Below, piece after piece: positions 1 to 10,292 of a DNA stretch of 64,000 bases. Below the pieces are notes generated by a model. It saw only the letters and a program-made list of their open reading frames with translations. It made no database searches and was not told where the DNA came from. Each line of letters begins with the position of its first letter. Position 1 is the first letter of the stretch. The DNA comes from Spirochaetota bacterium. GTDB lineage: Bacteria > Spirochaetota > Spirochaetia > Treponematales > UBA12059. The stretch spans positions 14,860 to 78,859 of the forward strand of contig JANNSO010000031.1 in assembly GCA_031402655.1 (NCBI GenBank). Reading direction: 5' to 3'. Position numbers and translations under genes: made by a program.

Positions 1-5
1 AATTT

Positions 6-1034
6 ATGTTGAAACCCGGTAAAGTATTGATTATTGCCGTCGCCCTGGTAATGGCGACTGGTTTTTTGTCCTGCTCGCGAAGCGCAAAGCCCGCCGGCGC
101 CCTGGATGTCGCCGTATTTGTTCCAGGCGTAGCCTCCGGCAGCCCCATCTACGAGATGCTCATAGCCGGAGCCAGGAAGGCAGTGGAGGAAACTCCCAAT
201 GCAACGATTAAAGTCATCGAGGCGGGCTACAACCAGGCGGAGTGGCTGGATCGGCTCGTAGCGGTGGCGGCATCGCAGGAATTCGAACTGATCGTCACCT
301 CCAACCCGGCTCTGCCCGAGTTGTGCGCCAAGGTTGCCGCGGATTATCCCGCCCAGCGCTTTTTTGTCGCGGATGCATATATGAAAGGCAATGAAGCCAT
401 CCATACCGTGCTCTATAACCAGAAGGAGCAGGGCTATCTGGTGGGCTACCTCGCCGGACTCGTTACAAAAGAGGCTAAGCCTCAGGGTCCCTTGATCGCA
501 GGTCTCGTCTCGGCACAGCGCTACCCCACCTTGGATAGGCTGATCCAGCCGGGTTTCGAGGCCGGGCTCAAGGCTGTTGATCCTTCCTTTAAACTGGAAT
601 ACCGCGAAATAGGCAACTGGTATGACGCCAGCAAGGCAGCGGAACTCGCCGCTTCCCTGTACGACTCCGGCGTAATGGTAATCCTGCCGATAGCCGGCGG
701 CGCGGGCCAGGGTGTCATAGCCCAGGCCCAGGATAAGGGCAGGAAAATCGTCTGGTTCGACGGTTCGGGCTATGCCGTTTCGTCCGACACCGTAATTGGC
801 TGCGCGGTTCTTGCCCAGGATAGGCTCGTGTACGAGCGCGTAAAGGCCATGCTCGGCGGTAACGACAAACTGTATGGCCGTGCCGATATCGTGGGCATTC
901 ATGACGGCTATGTCGACTTCAGCGCAAACGGCGACGGATATCGCGCCCTGTCCGAATCGGTACGTTCCGCGATGCAAAAAGCGATAGCCGAGCTTAAAAA
1001 AGGGAATCCGGACTTTACCTTCAGTTCGTTCTGA
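6..1034 (+). CDS. BMP-family (PnrA/TmpC-like) ABC transporter substrate-binding lipoprotein
   Basis: 342-aa ORF. The signal peptide has a lipobox (..ATGFLSC). The overall sequence looks like basic-membrane-protein / nucleoside-binding lipoproteins. It is followed by a cognate ATPase and two permeases. Confidence 0.85.
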   Translation: MLKPGKVLIIAVALVMATGFLSCSRSAKPAGALDVAVFVPGVASGSPIYEMLIAGARKAVEETPNATIKVIEAGYNQAEWLDRLVAVAASQEFELIVTSNPALPELCAKVAADYPAQRFFVADAYMKGNEAIHTVLYNQKEQGYLVGYLAGLVTKEAKPQGPLIAGLVSAQRYPTLDRLIQPGFEAGLKAVDPSFKLEYREIGNWYDASKAAELAASLYDSGVMVILPIAGGAGQGVIAQAQDKGRKIVWFDGSGYAVSSDTVIGCAVLAQDRLVYERVKAMLGGNDKLYGRADIVGIHDGYVDFSANGDGYRALSESVRSAMQKAIAELKKGNPDFTFSSF

Positions 1035-1051
1035 TTGTATCTTGAGAATAT

Positions 1052-2563
1052 ATGAGTGGAATAGTTCTTCGCGGAATCAGCAAGTTTTATGGTTCTACCG
1101 GCGTGCTTGCCGTGGATTCCGCGGATTTTTCCCTGATTCCCGGGGAAGTACATGCCCTTGTCGGAGAAAACGGCGCGGGTAAATCCACCCTGGCCAAAAT
1201 CATGAGCGGGTTTGAAATCCCCGATTCGGGGTCGATAGAGATTTTCGGCTTGCCTGTGCGCTTTGCCTCCCATAAGGATGCGGAGCGGGCGGGAATCGGT
1301 TTTGTTCCGCAGCATTCCATGCTCGCCATGAATCTTACCATTTCCGAAAACATGGCGCTTGGTCACGAGCCGCGCCGTTTGGGTATTTTTTACGATGCCC
1401 GCAAGGCCGAGCTTGAAGCGATGGACATTGCCGAGCGTTTTGGTTTTTCCCTTGACCTGACCAGTCCCGTCGGGCGGCTTTCGGCATCCGCCAGGCGCGA
1501 AGCCGAAATTTTACGCGCGCTTGCCCGCGGCGTACGCATCCTCGTTTTGGATGAACCCACAACCGTGCTCAACGAACATGAATCCGAACACCTGTTCCAG
1601 CTTATATCGCGATTAAAGGCCGGGGGTACGGGGATAGTCTATATTTCTCATCGCGCAAAGGAAATCCTCCGCATCGCAGACAGGGTAACCGTCATGCGAG
1701 GCGGCAGGGTGGAGCGAACGGAGGCCGTCGCCCATCTCGAAGAATGTGTCCTTTCGGATTTTATCGTGCCTGGCGGTACCTGCATCCAGGCTAATAAAGC
1801 GCAATCCGGGGAAACGGGGAAAACCGTTTTTAGGCTCGATTCTGTTTTTGTGCACGGCCGTGGCGCCGATTCGCTGAGCGATGTATCCCTGGCGGTTTGC
1901 GCCGGGGAAATCGTGGGCGTGGCTGCGCTGAGCGGAAACGGCCTTGAGACCTTGGAATCGCTTTGCGCGGGTATCCTGGCTCCCCAGAAGGGAAGCGTTA
2001 CCATTGCCGTGGAATCGACACAGCCAAAAAAGGGAGAAGGCCGTAGAAAAACCATGGCCTACATTCCTTCGGACCGCGAAGGCCTGGGCTTAAGCCTGCA
2101 CTCCTCGGTAAGCGACAACATAAGCGCGGGGAGGCTTCCCCGTATGGGCCGCCTGGAATTGCTAGGCGCCATCGAACCGGCTAAAACCTCGCGTGCGCTC
2201 ATGGAAGAGTTTTCCGTAAAGGCGAAACCGGAAAGCGAGGCGCAGTCGCTTTCCGGAGGCAACAGGCAGCGTCTCGTGGCAGCCCGCGAACTCGCCGATT
2301 TTTTTCCTTTCGTGCTTGCGGCGAATCCTGTTCAGGGGCTGGACGCAGGGGCGAGGGACGCTATATTTTCGCGCCTTCTGGCGCTTCGCGATCAAGGAGC
2401 GGCCATACTAATCTTGAGTACCGACGCCGAGGATTTTTTGGATCTGGCGAACAGGTCGTATGTGCTGTACCGCGGCGCATTGAGCAGTATCGATTCAGGC
2501 GAAGCGCCTGGGCAGGGACAAAATCCCGGGCTTGCCTCGCTCCTGACCGGCGGCCAGCGATGA
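1052..2563 (+). CDS. ABC transporter ATP-binding protein with duplicated ATPase domains (sugar/nucleoside type)
   Basis: 503 aa. Walker A is GENGAGKST, the signature-like motif is LSGGNRQR, and a second degenerate nucleotide-binding domain is present. Its stop overlaps the next gene's start by 4 nt. Confidence 0.9.
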   Translation: MSGIVLRGISKFYGSTGVLAVDSADFSLIPGEVHALVGENGAGKSTLAKIMSGFEIPDSGSIEIFGLPVRFASHKDAERAGIGFVPQHSMLAMNLTISENMALGHEPRRLGIFYDARKAELEAMDIAERFGFSLDLTSPVGRLSASARREAEILRALARGVRILVLDEPTTVLNEHESEHLFQLISRLKAGGTGIVYISHRAKEILRIADRVTVMRGGRVERTEAVAHLEECVLSDFIVPGGTCIQANKAQSGETGKTVFRLDSVFVHGRGADSLSDVSLAVCAGEIVGVAALSGNGLETLESLCAGILAPQKGSVTIAVESTQPKKGEGRRKTMAYIPSDREGLGLSLHSSVSDNISAGRLPRMGRLELLGAIEPAKTSRALMEEFSVKAKPESEAQSLSGGNRQRLVAARELADFFPFVLAANPVQGLDAGARDAIFSRLLALRDQGAAILILSTDAEDFLDLANRSYVLYRGALSSIDSGEAPGQGQNPGLASLLTGGQR

Positions 2564-3630
2564 GCAAGACGCAGAGGCGCCTGGCAATCGCCGCGTTAGG
2601 TTCCATGCTGCTGGCTATGCTCGCAATACTTGTAGTTTCCAGGGAACCCTCTCGCGCGATGCGGGTTTTTTTTATAACGCCATTTGCCGTCAAAAGCGTT
2701 TTTCTGTCCATGGTGGAGTTGGCCGCCCCCCTCGTGCTTTGCTCCCTCGGCGCGATAATAGCATTTCGCGCAGGGCAGTTTACCCTGGGCGGGGAAGGTC
2801 AGCTATACGCGGGAGCGTGCCTGGCCGCCTTGCTGGGCTCCTCTTCTGCCATCGCCGCCATGCCATGGAAAACTGGCTCCTTAGCCCTTCTTCTGGCAGC
2901 CGGGGCGGTCGGAGGAATCCTTGTGGCGCTTCCTTCCGCTCTCGGAAAGCGCTTCGCGAACGCGGACGTTCTGCTAACCAGCTTCCTGTTGTCGCAAGGG
3001 GCTATCCTGGTCGTCGACGGCCTCATAGGCGGAGTTTTGCGGGACACCTCCAATAATCTCGTGTCCATGGCACCGGTGAATCCGCTCCTTTTGTTTCCAC
3101 GCCTGGCCCGTCCGTCTTCGCTAACGGCGGCTCCCCTTATAGCCCTCTTTTTTACCCTCGTATTCGCGGTTTTTTTGGATCGCACCCGCTTCGGCCGGAT
3201 GCTGTCCCTCTACGGAAGGAATCCGCCGTTCGCCCGGACGCAAGGATTTTACGTTAATAAACTATCACTCTATCCCATGATTATATCCGGCGCCATGCAC
3301 GGCCTCGCAGGCGCCACCATGGTTCTGGGCATTAACGGAACCGCAGTGCGCGGCATGAGCGGCGGACTGGGCTGGGGGGCTATCGGCGTAGCCTTGATCG
3401 CCGCCAGCAAACCTGCGGCGGTTCCATTCGCCGCCTTCGTTTTTGTATGGCTGGATGCCGGCGCAAGGCAGTCTTCCGTCCTTTCGGATATTCCCTACGA
3501 TATCAGCCTGCTTATAAAGGCTCTCGTGATTATAGGCATAAGCGCCCGTCCCGCTTTTTCCGGCATTAAAAAAGTTCTCAGGGACCGGCACCCGCCGGCC
3601 GGGTCGCCGCAAGCCGGGCGGCCTTTATGA
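2560..3630 (+). CDS. ABC transporter permease (BMP/ribose-type)
   Basis: 356-aa polytopic hydrophobic protein with ATGA overlaps to both neighbours. Confidence 0.85.
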   Translation: MSKTQRRLAIAALGSMLLAMLAILVVSREPSRAMRVFFITPFAVKSVFLSMVELAAPLVLCSLGAIIAFRAGQFTLGGEGQLYAGACLAALLGSSSAIAAMPWKTGSLALLLAAGAVGGILVALPSALGKRFANADVLLTSFLLSQGAILVVDGLIGGVLRDTSNNLVSMAPVNPLLLFPRLARPSSLTAAPLIALFFTLVFAVFLDRTRFGRMLSLYGRNPPFARTQGFYVNKLSLYPMIISGAMHGLAGATMVLGINGTAVRGMSGGLGWGAIGVALIAASKPAAVPFAAFVFVWLDAGARQSSVLSDIPYDISLLIKALVIIGISARPAFSGIKKVLRDRHPPAGSPQAGRPL

Positions 3631-4517
3631 ACGGCGTCTGGCAATTCCTGGCCGACCTGGCCGCTGCCTTTGCCCCGCTGGCCCCCGCGGCGCTCGGCGG
3701 GCTCGCAACGGAATACGTAGGTTATCTTAATATATCACTCGAGGGCTTGATGCTTGCGGGAGGGTTTTCCTATATAGCCGTCGGATCGGTCTTTGGCCCC
3801 TTCGCCGGTGCGCTTGCGGCGATGCTCGTGCCGGCCGTTATCGCCTGGTTTTCCGACTTGTTTTCCCAAAAGGCCCGCGCCGATTCTTTCGTTGTAGGGC
3901 TCGGCATCAACCTTCTGGTGCCAGCCCTCGTTTCCATTGCGTCATTTTGGATATTCAGGACCAAAGGCGTCGTTTCCGTCCCTGCGTTGATGTCCATAAG
4001 GCCTTTCGCGGAATTTTCGAGCGTGCTGCCCGCTATCGGCAAAATTTTCCTGGACATTCGGCTCTCCGATTGCCTTGCCCTGCTTTCGGTGCTCGGCCTG
4101 TCGATGCTGCTTGGCGCGACTCCCTTCGGGCTGCGATCCAGGGCATCGGGAACCAACTCCGAATCGCTGCGCATGGCCGGCATCAACCCCGTCTCCGTGC
4201 GCAGGCTTGCCTACCTGTTTTCGGGCATTGCCTGCGGAATCTCGGGTGCATCCCTGGCTGCCTCGGTAGGGGCGTGGGTTCCCAATCTAAGCGCTGGCCG
4301 CGGCTGGATAGCCTTGGTCGCCGTTTACCTTGGCGGCAAGAAACTCGGGGGAACGCTGCTGTCGGCTTTGCTGTTCGCTTTTCTTTTAGGTCTCGCCAAC
4401 CGGGCTCAAAGCGTCCGATTGCTGCCATCGGAAATAATAATGGCCCTTCCGTATTTGATAACGGCGCTGGTGGTTATAATCGGTGCTTTTTTAAGAAAAC
4501 GTCATACCGGCTCTTGA
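3627..4517 (+). CDS. ABC transporter permease (BMP/ribose-type), second subunit
   Basis: 296-aa polytopic hydrophobic protein that overlaps the previous permease by 4 nt. Confidence 0.85.
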   Translation: MNGVWQFLADLAAAFAPLAPAALGGLATEYVGYLNISLEGLMLAGGFSYIAVGSVFGPFAGALAAMLVPAVIAWFSDLFSQKARADSFVVGLGINLLVPALVSIASFWIFRTKGVVSVPALMSIRPFAEFSSVLPAIGKIFLDIRLSDCLALLSVLGLSMLLGATPFGLRSRASGTNSESLRMAGINPVSVRRLAYLFSGIACGISGASLAASVGAWVPNLSAGRGWIALVAVYLGGKKLGGTLLSALLFAFLLGLANRAQSVRLLPSEIIMALPYLITALVVIIGAFLRKRHTGS

Positions 4518-4580
4518 CAGAATATCGCTGAATTTGTATATTCCTAGTATCCCGATAGGGATACTGGAGTCGGTGAAATA

Positions 4581-4994
4581 ATGTTTTCGGTTTCCGCTAA
4601 AACACAGTATGCTATACGCGCCATGTCCTACCTTGCAAAGCATCAGGACGATGTTTGCACAAGCTCGGAAATCGCGGCTTCGGAACACATCCCATCCAAA
4701 TACCTCGAAGGCATAATGACGCATCTCAAGGATTGCGGCCTTGTATCCGTGGAACGGGGAAACCATGGCGGCTATAGGCTGCAGCTTAATCCGAATCAGA
4801 TTTCCATGCTTTCCATAGTCGAGGCCATGGATGGCAGCGTGATGCCGGTAGATTGCGTCAAGCTTCCCGGTGCGTGCGCCAAAGGCAGTTCCTGCCTGCC
4901 CCGCCAGTTCTGGATAGGGCTCAAGGTTGCCATAGACCTGTACCTCGGCAGCAGGACATTGCGCGATATAAGCGAAGGAGCAGATCATGAGTAA
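4581..4994 (+). CDS. Rrf2-family transcriptional regulator (IscR-like)
   Basis: The N-terminus MFSVSAKTQYAIRAMSYLAKH.. is typical of the Rrf2 wHTH. A C-terminal Cys trio (C..C.....C) is present. It overlaps nifS by 8 nt. Confidence 0.85.
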   Translation: MFSVSAKTQYAIRAMSYLAKHQDDVCTSSEIAASEHIPSKYLEGIMTHLKDCGLVSVERGNHGGYRLQLNPNQISMLSIVEAMDGSVMPVDCVKLPGACAKGSSCLPRQFWIGLKVAIDLYLGSRTLRDISEGADHE

Positions 4995-6156
4995 TCGCTT
5001 TGTGTACATGGATTATAACGCCTCCACGCCGCTTAATCCTGAAGTAAAGGCTTTGATGGCCTCCGATATGGAGCTGTACGCGAACGCTTCGAGCATGCAC
5101 GAGGCGGGAAGAAAAGCCCGGGCTAAAATCGAAACCGCCCGCATGGCCGTCGCCAGGCTTATTGGTTCCGAGAAAGACCCGGAACGGATAATCTTCACGA
5201 GCGGGGGGTCCGAATCCAACAATACGGTTTTCGCGACAATGTTCCACCTTGGCCGCGGCAAAAAACGTAATGGAATCGTTACAACTGCCATCGAGCATCC
5301 CTGCGTCCTCAACGCCGCGAAATGGCTGGAGGCAGAAGGCTTTCCCGTTAAATTCGTGGGTGTAGATTCAAACGGCCGGGTAAACATGGAAGAGTTGAAG
5401 GCGGCGGTCAGCGATACAACCCTGCTTGTCTCCGTCATGGCCGCAAATAACGAGATAGGCACCATTCAGGATATTTCCGCGATTTCCGCGATAGCCAAGG
5501 CTTCGGGGGCTTTTATGCATACCGACGCCACTCAGGGAGCCGGCAAGATTCCCCTGCGGGTAGACGGGCTGGGAGTCGATTACCTTACCTTGTCCAGCCA
5601 CAAGATTTACGGCCCCAAAGGCGTCGGAGCGCTCTATGTGCGCAAGGGAGCCCCTCTCGAGCCCCTTATCCGCGGCGGCCACCAGGAGCACGGCTTTAGG
5701 GCAGGAACTTACAATAACCTCGGCATTTTCGGTTTTGGAAAGGCTGCGGAATTGGCTTTCGACAATCTTCCGGCATTCGCCGCAAAAACCGGCATGTTAA
5801 GAAAAATACTCAAGGAAGGCTTCGAAGCGTCGATACCCAAAATAAGGATAAACGGACATCCAGACCATGTTTTGACCAATACGCTGAACGTTTCCTTTCC
5901 CGGTGCGGAGGGCGAAGCCATTTTGCTCTACCTGGACATGGCCGGCATCGCGGTGTCTACGGGATCCGCCTGCGCTTCGGGAAGCTTGGATCCCAGCCAC
6001 GTTCTAATGGCCACGGGAGTTGGCCCGGAACTTGCCCATGGTTCTATCCGCTTCAGCCTGGGCATGGATACTTCCGTGGAGGACGTCAACTACGTCCTTG
6101 AGCGCATGAGCCCGATAATCGAGCGGCTGCGCGGCATGTCCACTGTCGCCTGGTGA
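4987..6156 (+). CDS. nifS: Cysteine desulfurase (NifS/IscS class)
   Basis: 389 aa. The PLP-lysine motif is SSHKIYGPKG and the active-site loop is STGSACASG. Confidence 0.9.
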   Translation: MSNRFVYMDYNASTPLNPEVKALMASDMELYANASSMHEAGRKARAKIETARMAVARLIGSEKDPERIIFTSGGSESNNTVFATMFHLGRGKKRNGIVTTAIEHPCVLNAAKWLEAEGFPVKFVGVDSNGRVNMEELKAAVSDTTLLVSVMAANNEIGTIQDISAISAIAKASGAFMHTDATQGAGKIPLRVDGLGVDYLTLSSHKIYGPKGVGALYVRKGAPLEPLIRGGHQEHGFRAGTYNNLGIFGFGKAAELAFDNLPAFAAKTGMLRKILKEGFEASIPKIRINGHPDHVLTNTLNVSFPGAEGEAILLYLDMAGIAVSTGSACASGSLDPSHVLMATGVGPELAHGSIRFSLGMDTSVEDVNYVLERMSPIIERLRGMSTVAW

Positions 6157-6219
6157 TATTACAGTGTTACTAATTTTGCAGGAAACCGAAAGGTTTCGTG
6201 CGTCTCCTGGGAGGGTTTT

Positions 6220-6822
6220 ATGAGCGACGCGTTCAACTGGCTTTATTCCGACGTGGTAAAAGAACACTTTACCAATCCTAAAAACGTATTCAACCCCGCC
6301 GAAAATTTCGTGGCGGACGCGCAGGGCATCACGGGAAACGTAAAATGCGGCGACCAGATGATGTATATGATACAGGTAAAGGACGACGTGATAGCCGACG
6401 TCCGCTGGAAGACCTATGGCTGCGCAAGCGCGATAGCGAGTACGTCCATATTGTCCGAGGTGGTCAAGGGCCTGACGCTTTTACAGGCTTACAACATCAA
6501 ACCGGAAGAAATCGCCGCAAGGCTCGGCGGCCTTCCGGACAACAAGATTCATTGCTCGGTTCTCGGGGACAAGGCCATGCGCGCGGCGATAGACGATTAC
6601 CTGTCGAAGACAGGGCGCGAGGGCTTGTTCCGCAACGAGGGAGCAAGGATAATCTGCACCTGCCTCAATATCTCCGACCGGGATATTGAGGATGCCGTCA
6701 AGGCTGGCGCACGAGACTGGGAAAGCCTGCAGGAACGCACCAAGATCGGTACCGTGTGCGGCGGATGCAAGGTGGCGGCGGAAGAATTGCTGCATGAGTA
6801 TGTCCATATCTTTACCGACTGA
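6220..6822 (+). CDS. nifU: NifU-like Fe-S scaffold (IscU-type N-domain plus BFD-like [2Fe-2S] domain)
   Basis: The scaffold cysteines are present (KCGDQM, YGCASAIA, HCSVL). The central motif CTCLNISDRDIEDAV...GTVCGGCK is BFD-like. No C-terminal Nfu domain is present. Confidence 0.85.
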   Translation: MSDAFNWLYSDVVKEHFTNPKNVFNPAENFVADAQGITGNVKCGDQMMYMIQVKDDVIADVRWKTYGCASAIASTSILSEVVKGLTLLQAYNIKPEEIAARLGGLPDNKIHCSVLGDKAMRAAIDDYLSKTGREGLFRNEGARIICTCLNISDRDIEDAVKAGARDWESLQERTKIGTVCGGCKVAAEELLHEYVHIFTD

Positions 6823-7648
6823 TCTTCCATTGCCTACGGCTGAAGCCTTGGGCATTTTCAGGGAATCGGTGATGGCCAATTATTATCGCGAAGGCCGCCG
6901 ATTTGCCTGGCGCGAGACTAGCGACCCCTGGAAGGTTTTCGTCTCCGAAATCATGCTGCAGCAGACTCAGACGGCCAGGGTGGTACCCAAGTATGAGCAG
7001 TGGTTCGAGGATTTTCCCGCGATGCAGGATCTTGCCGATGCTTCGCTCGAAGCGGTTTACGGTTCCTGGAAAGGACTTGGCTACAATAACCGCGCCCTGC
7101 GTTTGCGCGAAGCCGCGCGGCAGATTATCGCGAAGCATAACGGCGCTGTTCCCTGCGATGAAAAAGCCTTGCGCGATCTTCCCGGCGTGGGGGTTTATAC
7201 GGCGCGTGCGGTAATGGCATTCGCCTACGACATACCGGGCGTTTTTCTCGAAACGAATATTCGCAGCGCCCTTATCTTCCAGTTTTACCACGACAGGGAA
7301 AATGTTCCAGATTCGGTTTTGGAAAAAGTCGCGGCTCTCGTTCTGGACACGGTCAATCCCAGGCGCTGGTATTACGCGTTCATGGATTACGGCGTGTTCA
7401 TAAAAAAACGGGAGCCTAACCCATCGCGAAAAAGCGCAGGCTATTCGAAGCAGACCAGGTTTGAAGGATCCCTGCGGCAGGCGCGCGGGGGAATCCTGTC
7501 AGCGCTGTCGACGAAACCGAATCAAAGCGCCAGGCAACTCGCCGGGTCTACGGGTATCGCCTATGCGCTTATCGGGGAAGCGGCGGCAGCCTTGGTCGCC
7601 GAGGGTCTAGTCCGCTACGACGGCGTTAAGTTCAGCTTCGGCGACTGA
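6794..7648 (+). CDS. MutY-like HhH-GPD DNA glycosylase without Fe-S loop or NUDIX domain; wHTH-like C-terminus
   Basis: SEIMLQQTQTARVVPKYEQWFEDFP...GLGYNNRALRLREAA...LPGVGVYTARAV parallels E. coli MutY. There are no cysteines where the 4Fe-4S loop should be. I moved the start to the ATG at 6794 (the track ORF starts at 6686 inside nifU). The exact start is uncertain. Confidence 0.7.
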   Translation: MSMSISLPTDLPLPTAEALGIFRESVMANYYREGRRFAWRETSDPWKVFVSEIMLQQTQTARVVPKYEQWFEDFPAMQDLADASLEAVYGSWKGLGYNNRALRLREAARQIIAKHNGAVPCDEKALRDLPGVGVYTARAVMAFAYDIPGVFLETNIRSALIFQFYHDRENVPDSVLEKVAALVLDTVNPRRWYYAFMDYGVFIKKREPNPSRKSAGYSKQTRFEGSLRQARGGILSALSTKPNQSARQLAGSTGIAYALIGEAAAALVAEGLVRYDGVKFSFGD

Positions 7649-8861
7649 AAAGATTTAGGAAAAAGCGGTGGATCATATCGGCGAATCTTAAGAAAATATT
7701 ACCTTTTGGCAGGTCTGCCGGAATGATCAGGTCGATTCGCCGCAGCACCAGGTCGCCCGTGCTGTAAACCAATTGCCCAACCCTGGTACCGGCCATGATG
7801 GGAGCCCTGAGGTCCGATTCCAGTTCCGCGCGTACCAGAATGTTTCCGGACACGCTTTTTCGTACGGTAAACGAAGTGCTTTCCCTTGGGACGGGCAGGG
7901 CGAACCTCGCCTTGCTTCCCCACACGCGGAGCGAACTTATTTCGGGAAGTTTCGGGCTAACGGTCTGCCAGTTGTCGAAGGTCCAATCCAAAAGCTTTTT
8001 CGCGCCTCGCGTCCTCTCGTCGGATCCCTGGGTTCCCCCGAGCGTCACGAGGATTATGCGGGTATCGCCCCGTTTCGCGGTTGCAACAAGATTATAACCT
8101 GATTCGTAGATGAAGCCCGTCTTGAGGCCGTCGCATCCGTCGTAGCTGAAAATCAGGTCGTTCCTGTTGCGGAGCAGAATCTTGTGGGGCGGCCCGCTTA
8201 CGCCTTCCGGCATTACGTCCTCGCGCGGGAACTCCATGCTGTACAGGGAATGGAGCTCGGCGATGGATTCCGGATGCAGCGCCAGGTACGCGCGCGAAAA
8301 AGAGGCCATCTCGCGGGCGGTCGTAGTGTTGAACTCGGAGAGTCCCGAAGGCTCCACGAAGCGCGTTTTTGAAAGCCCCAGTTTTTCGGCCTCCCGGTTC
8401 ATGAGGAAGGAAAATTTCTCGTTCGAGCCGGCGAGTATCCTGGCAAGCGTAAACGCGGCGTCATTGCCCGAAACCACGGCCATGCCGCGCATCAGGTCGA
8501 TGAGCGGAACCCTCATTCCCGGCTGCAGGTACATGAGCGACGAGCCGTACGGAATCCTCGGGGACGTTTCCTCGGGCATGATGTCGATAATCGTGTTTTT
8601 AAGGATTTCGCCCCTGGCGATGGCCTCATAGACGACATGGAGGGTCATCAGCTTCGTGAGGCTCGCCGGAGGAATCACCGCGTCCGCGTTGCTTTCGTAC
8701 AGTATGTCGCCTTTTTCAAAATCGACGATTGCGACCGAAACCGCGTCGACGGAAGGTGCAGTTATGAAATTATCACGTCCGGAAGACTCTGTGCCGGCAA
8801 AGGAGGATGCTAGAAGGATGCCGGACAGAATCGCAAAGAGGCAGTCGCGCTTTTTATCCAC
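7632..8861 (-). CDS. Serine-type D-Ala-D-Ala carboxypeptidase (PBP5/6 family, S11)
   Basis: Motifs present: SLTKLMT (SxxK), VVSGNDAA (SxN) and GLKTGF (KTG). The signal/anchor is LFAILSGILLASSFAG. I moved the start to the GTG at 8861, 5 nt after the asnS stop, because the track ORF extends into asnS. Confidence 0.85.
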   Translation of the reverse strand: MDKKRDCLFAILSGILLASSFAGTESSGRDNFITAPSVDAVSVAIVDFEKGDILYESNADAVIPPASLTKLMTLHVVYEAIARGEILKNTIIDIMPEETSPRIPYGSSLMYLQPGMRVPLIDLMRGMAVVSGNDAAFTLARILAGSNEKFSFLMNREAEKLGLSKTRFVEPSGLSEFNTTTAREMASFSRAYLALHPESIAELHSLYSMEFPREDVMPEGVSGPPHKILLRNRNDLIFSYDGCDGLKTGFIYESGYNLVATAKRGDTRIILVTLGGTQGSDERTRGAKKLLDWTFDNWQTVSPKLPEISSLRVWGSKARFALPVPRESTSFTVRKSVSGNILVRAELESDLRAPIMAGTRVGQLVYSTGDLVLRRIDLIIPADLPKGNIFLRFADMIHRFFLNLFSRRS

Positions 8862-8866
8862 GGCCC

Positions 8867-10255
8867 TTAAAACTCCGCCTGGTTCACGGCGCGCGGGAAG
8901 GGGATGACGTCGCGGATATTCTCCATGCCCGTAACGTAGCGCAGCAGGCGTTCGAAGCCCAGGCCGAATCCCGCGTGAGGCGCCGTACCGAAGCGGCGCA
9001 GGTCCAGATACCACCAGTACGCGGCCTCGTCCAGGCCCAGTTCGCGAATCCTGCCCAGTAGGACGTCATGGCGGAATTCGCGCTCGGATCCGCCGATTAT
9101 CTCGCCGATGCGGGGAACGAGGACGTCCATGGCGCGCACGGTCTTGCCGTCTTCGTTCAGCCGCATGTAAAAAGCCTTTATTTCCTTGGGGTAATCCGTA
9201 ACGATTACCGGTCCCTTTACGATGGTCTCCGACAGGTAGCGCTCGTGCTCGGTCTGCAGGTCGCAGCCCCAGAACGGCTTGAACTCGAAGGCGTCCTTGT
9301 GCGATTCCAGCTCCTTTACGGCGTCGGTGTAGGTCATGTGCGTAAACTTCGACGTGCGTACGCCGTCCAGCATCCCGATAAGGCCGGGCTGTATCCGCTT
9401 GTCGAAAAACTCCAGGTCTTCGCCGCATTTATCCAAGGCCCACGACAGCAAATATTTTACGAACTCCTCGGCAAGGGCCATGTTGTCTTCAAGCTCGGCG
9501 AAGGCTATCTCCGGCTCTATCATCCAAAATTCGGCAAGGTGGCGCGTGGTGTTGGAATTTTCCGCGCGAAAGGTTGGGCCGAAGGTGTATACCTTGCTCA
9601 GGGCCATGCAGTAGGTTTCCACGTTCAGCTGGCCCGAAACGGACAGGAACGAAGGCTTGCCGAAAAAGTCTTTCGAGTAATCGACGGGTCCGCCGTTCTT
9701 GGCAATAGCAGCCATGTCCAGCGTGGTTACCTGGAACATCTCGCCGGCTCCTTCGCAGTCGCTGGCGGTGATGATGGGCGTATGCACGTAGTTGAACCCG
9801 CGCTCCTGGAAGAAACTGTGCACGGCGAATGCCATCTGGTTGCGCATGCGGGCCACGGCGCCGAAGGTGTTGGTGCGCGCTCGGAGGTGCGCGATCTCGC
9901 GGAGGAATTCCAGCGAGTGGGCTTTTTTCTGCAGAGGGTAGCTTTCCACCGGAGCTTCGCCGATTATGCGTATGTCCGCCGCTTTAACCTCGATGGGCTG
10001 GCCTGCGGCGGGGGATGCCACGACCTCGCCGGTAACGGCCGCGGAACAGCCGGTGCTCAGTTTGGCGAGCGTCGCCTTGAGGGCGTCGGTACATGCGTTA
10101 ATGTCGAACACGCACTGGATATTGGAAAAACAGCTGCCGTCGTTCAGTTCCACGAAAATGGCGTTCTTGGTATCGCGCTTGGTTCGTACCCAGCCCTTTA
10201 CCGTAATGGAAGAGCCTACGACCTTTTCCTTTAAAATCGTCTTGATATCTTTCAT
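8867..10255 (-). CDS. asnS: Asparagine--tRNA ligase
   Basis: Class IIb synthetase sequence throughout (..[21 protein letters not shown].., GGSERE.., GFGLGFERL). The start is taken at the ATG giving MKDIKTIL. Confidence 0.95.
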   Translation of the reverse strand: MKDIKTILKEKVVGSSITVKGWVRTKRDTKNAIFVELNDGSCFSNIQCVFDINACTDALKATLAKLSTGCSAAVTGEVVASPAAGQPIEVKAADIRIIGEAPVESYPLQKKAHSLEFLREIAHLRARTNTFGAVARMRNQMAFAVHSFFQERGFNYVHTPIITASDCEGAGEMFQVTTLDMAAIAKNGGPVDYSKDFFGKPSFLSVSGQLNVETYCMALSKVYTFGPTFRAENSNTTRHLAEFWMIEPEIAFAELEDNMALAEEFVKYLLSWALDKCGEDLEFFDKRIQPGLIGMLDGVRTSKFTHMTYTDAVKELESHKDAFEFKPFWGCDLQTEHERYLSETIVKGPVIVTDYPKEIKAFYMRLNEDGKTVRAMDVLVPRIGEIIGGSEREFRHDVLLGRIRELGLDEAAYWWYLDLRRFGTAPHAGFGLGFERLLRYVTGMENIRDVIPFPRAVNQAEF

Positions 10256-10292
10256 GAAAACTCCTCGCGTAATCCCGCCGGTCATGTTCGAC

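Noticed and set aside
6686-6793. N-terminal extension of the MutY-like ORF into nifU
   Set aside because: The extension is Arg/Ala/Cys-rich, lies wholly inside the well-supported nifU frame, and precedes good internal ATG candidates at 6794 and 6800.
9068-10234. 388-aa plus-strand ORF
   Set aside because: It is entirely antisense to asnS, whose product is unmistakable. Its translation is Gly/Arg/Val/His-rich with no recognisable motif, which is a typical shadow ORF of a GC-rich gene.
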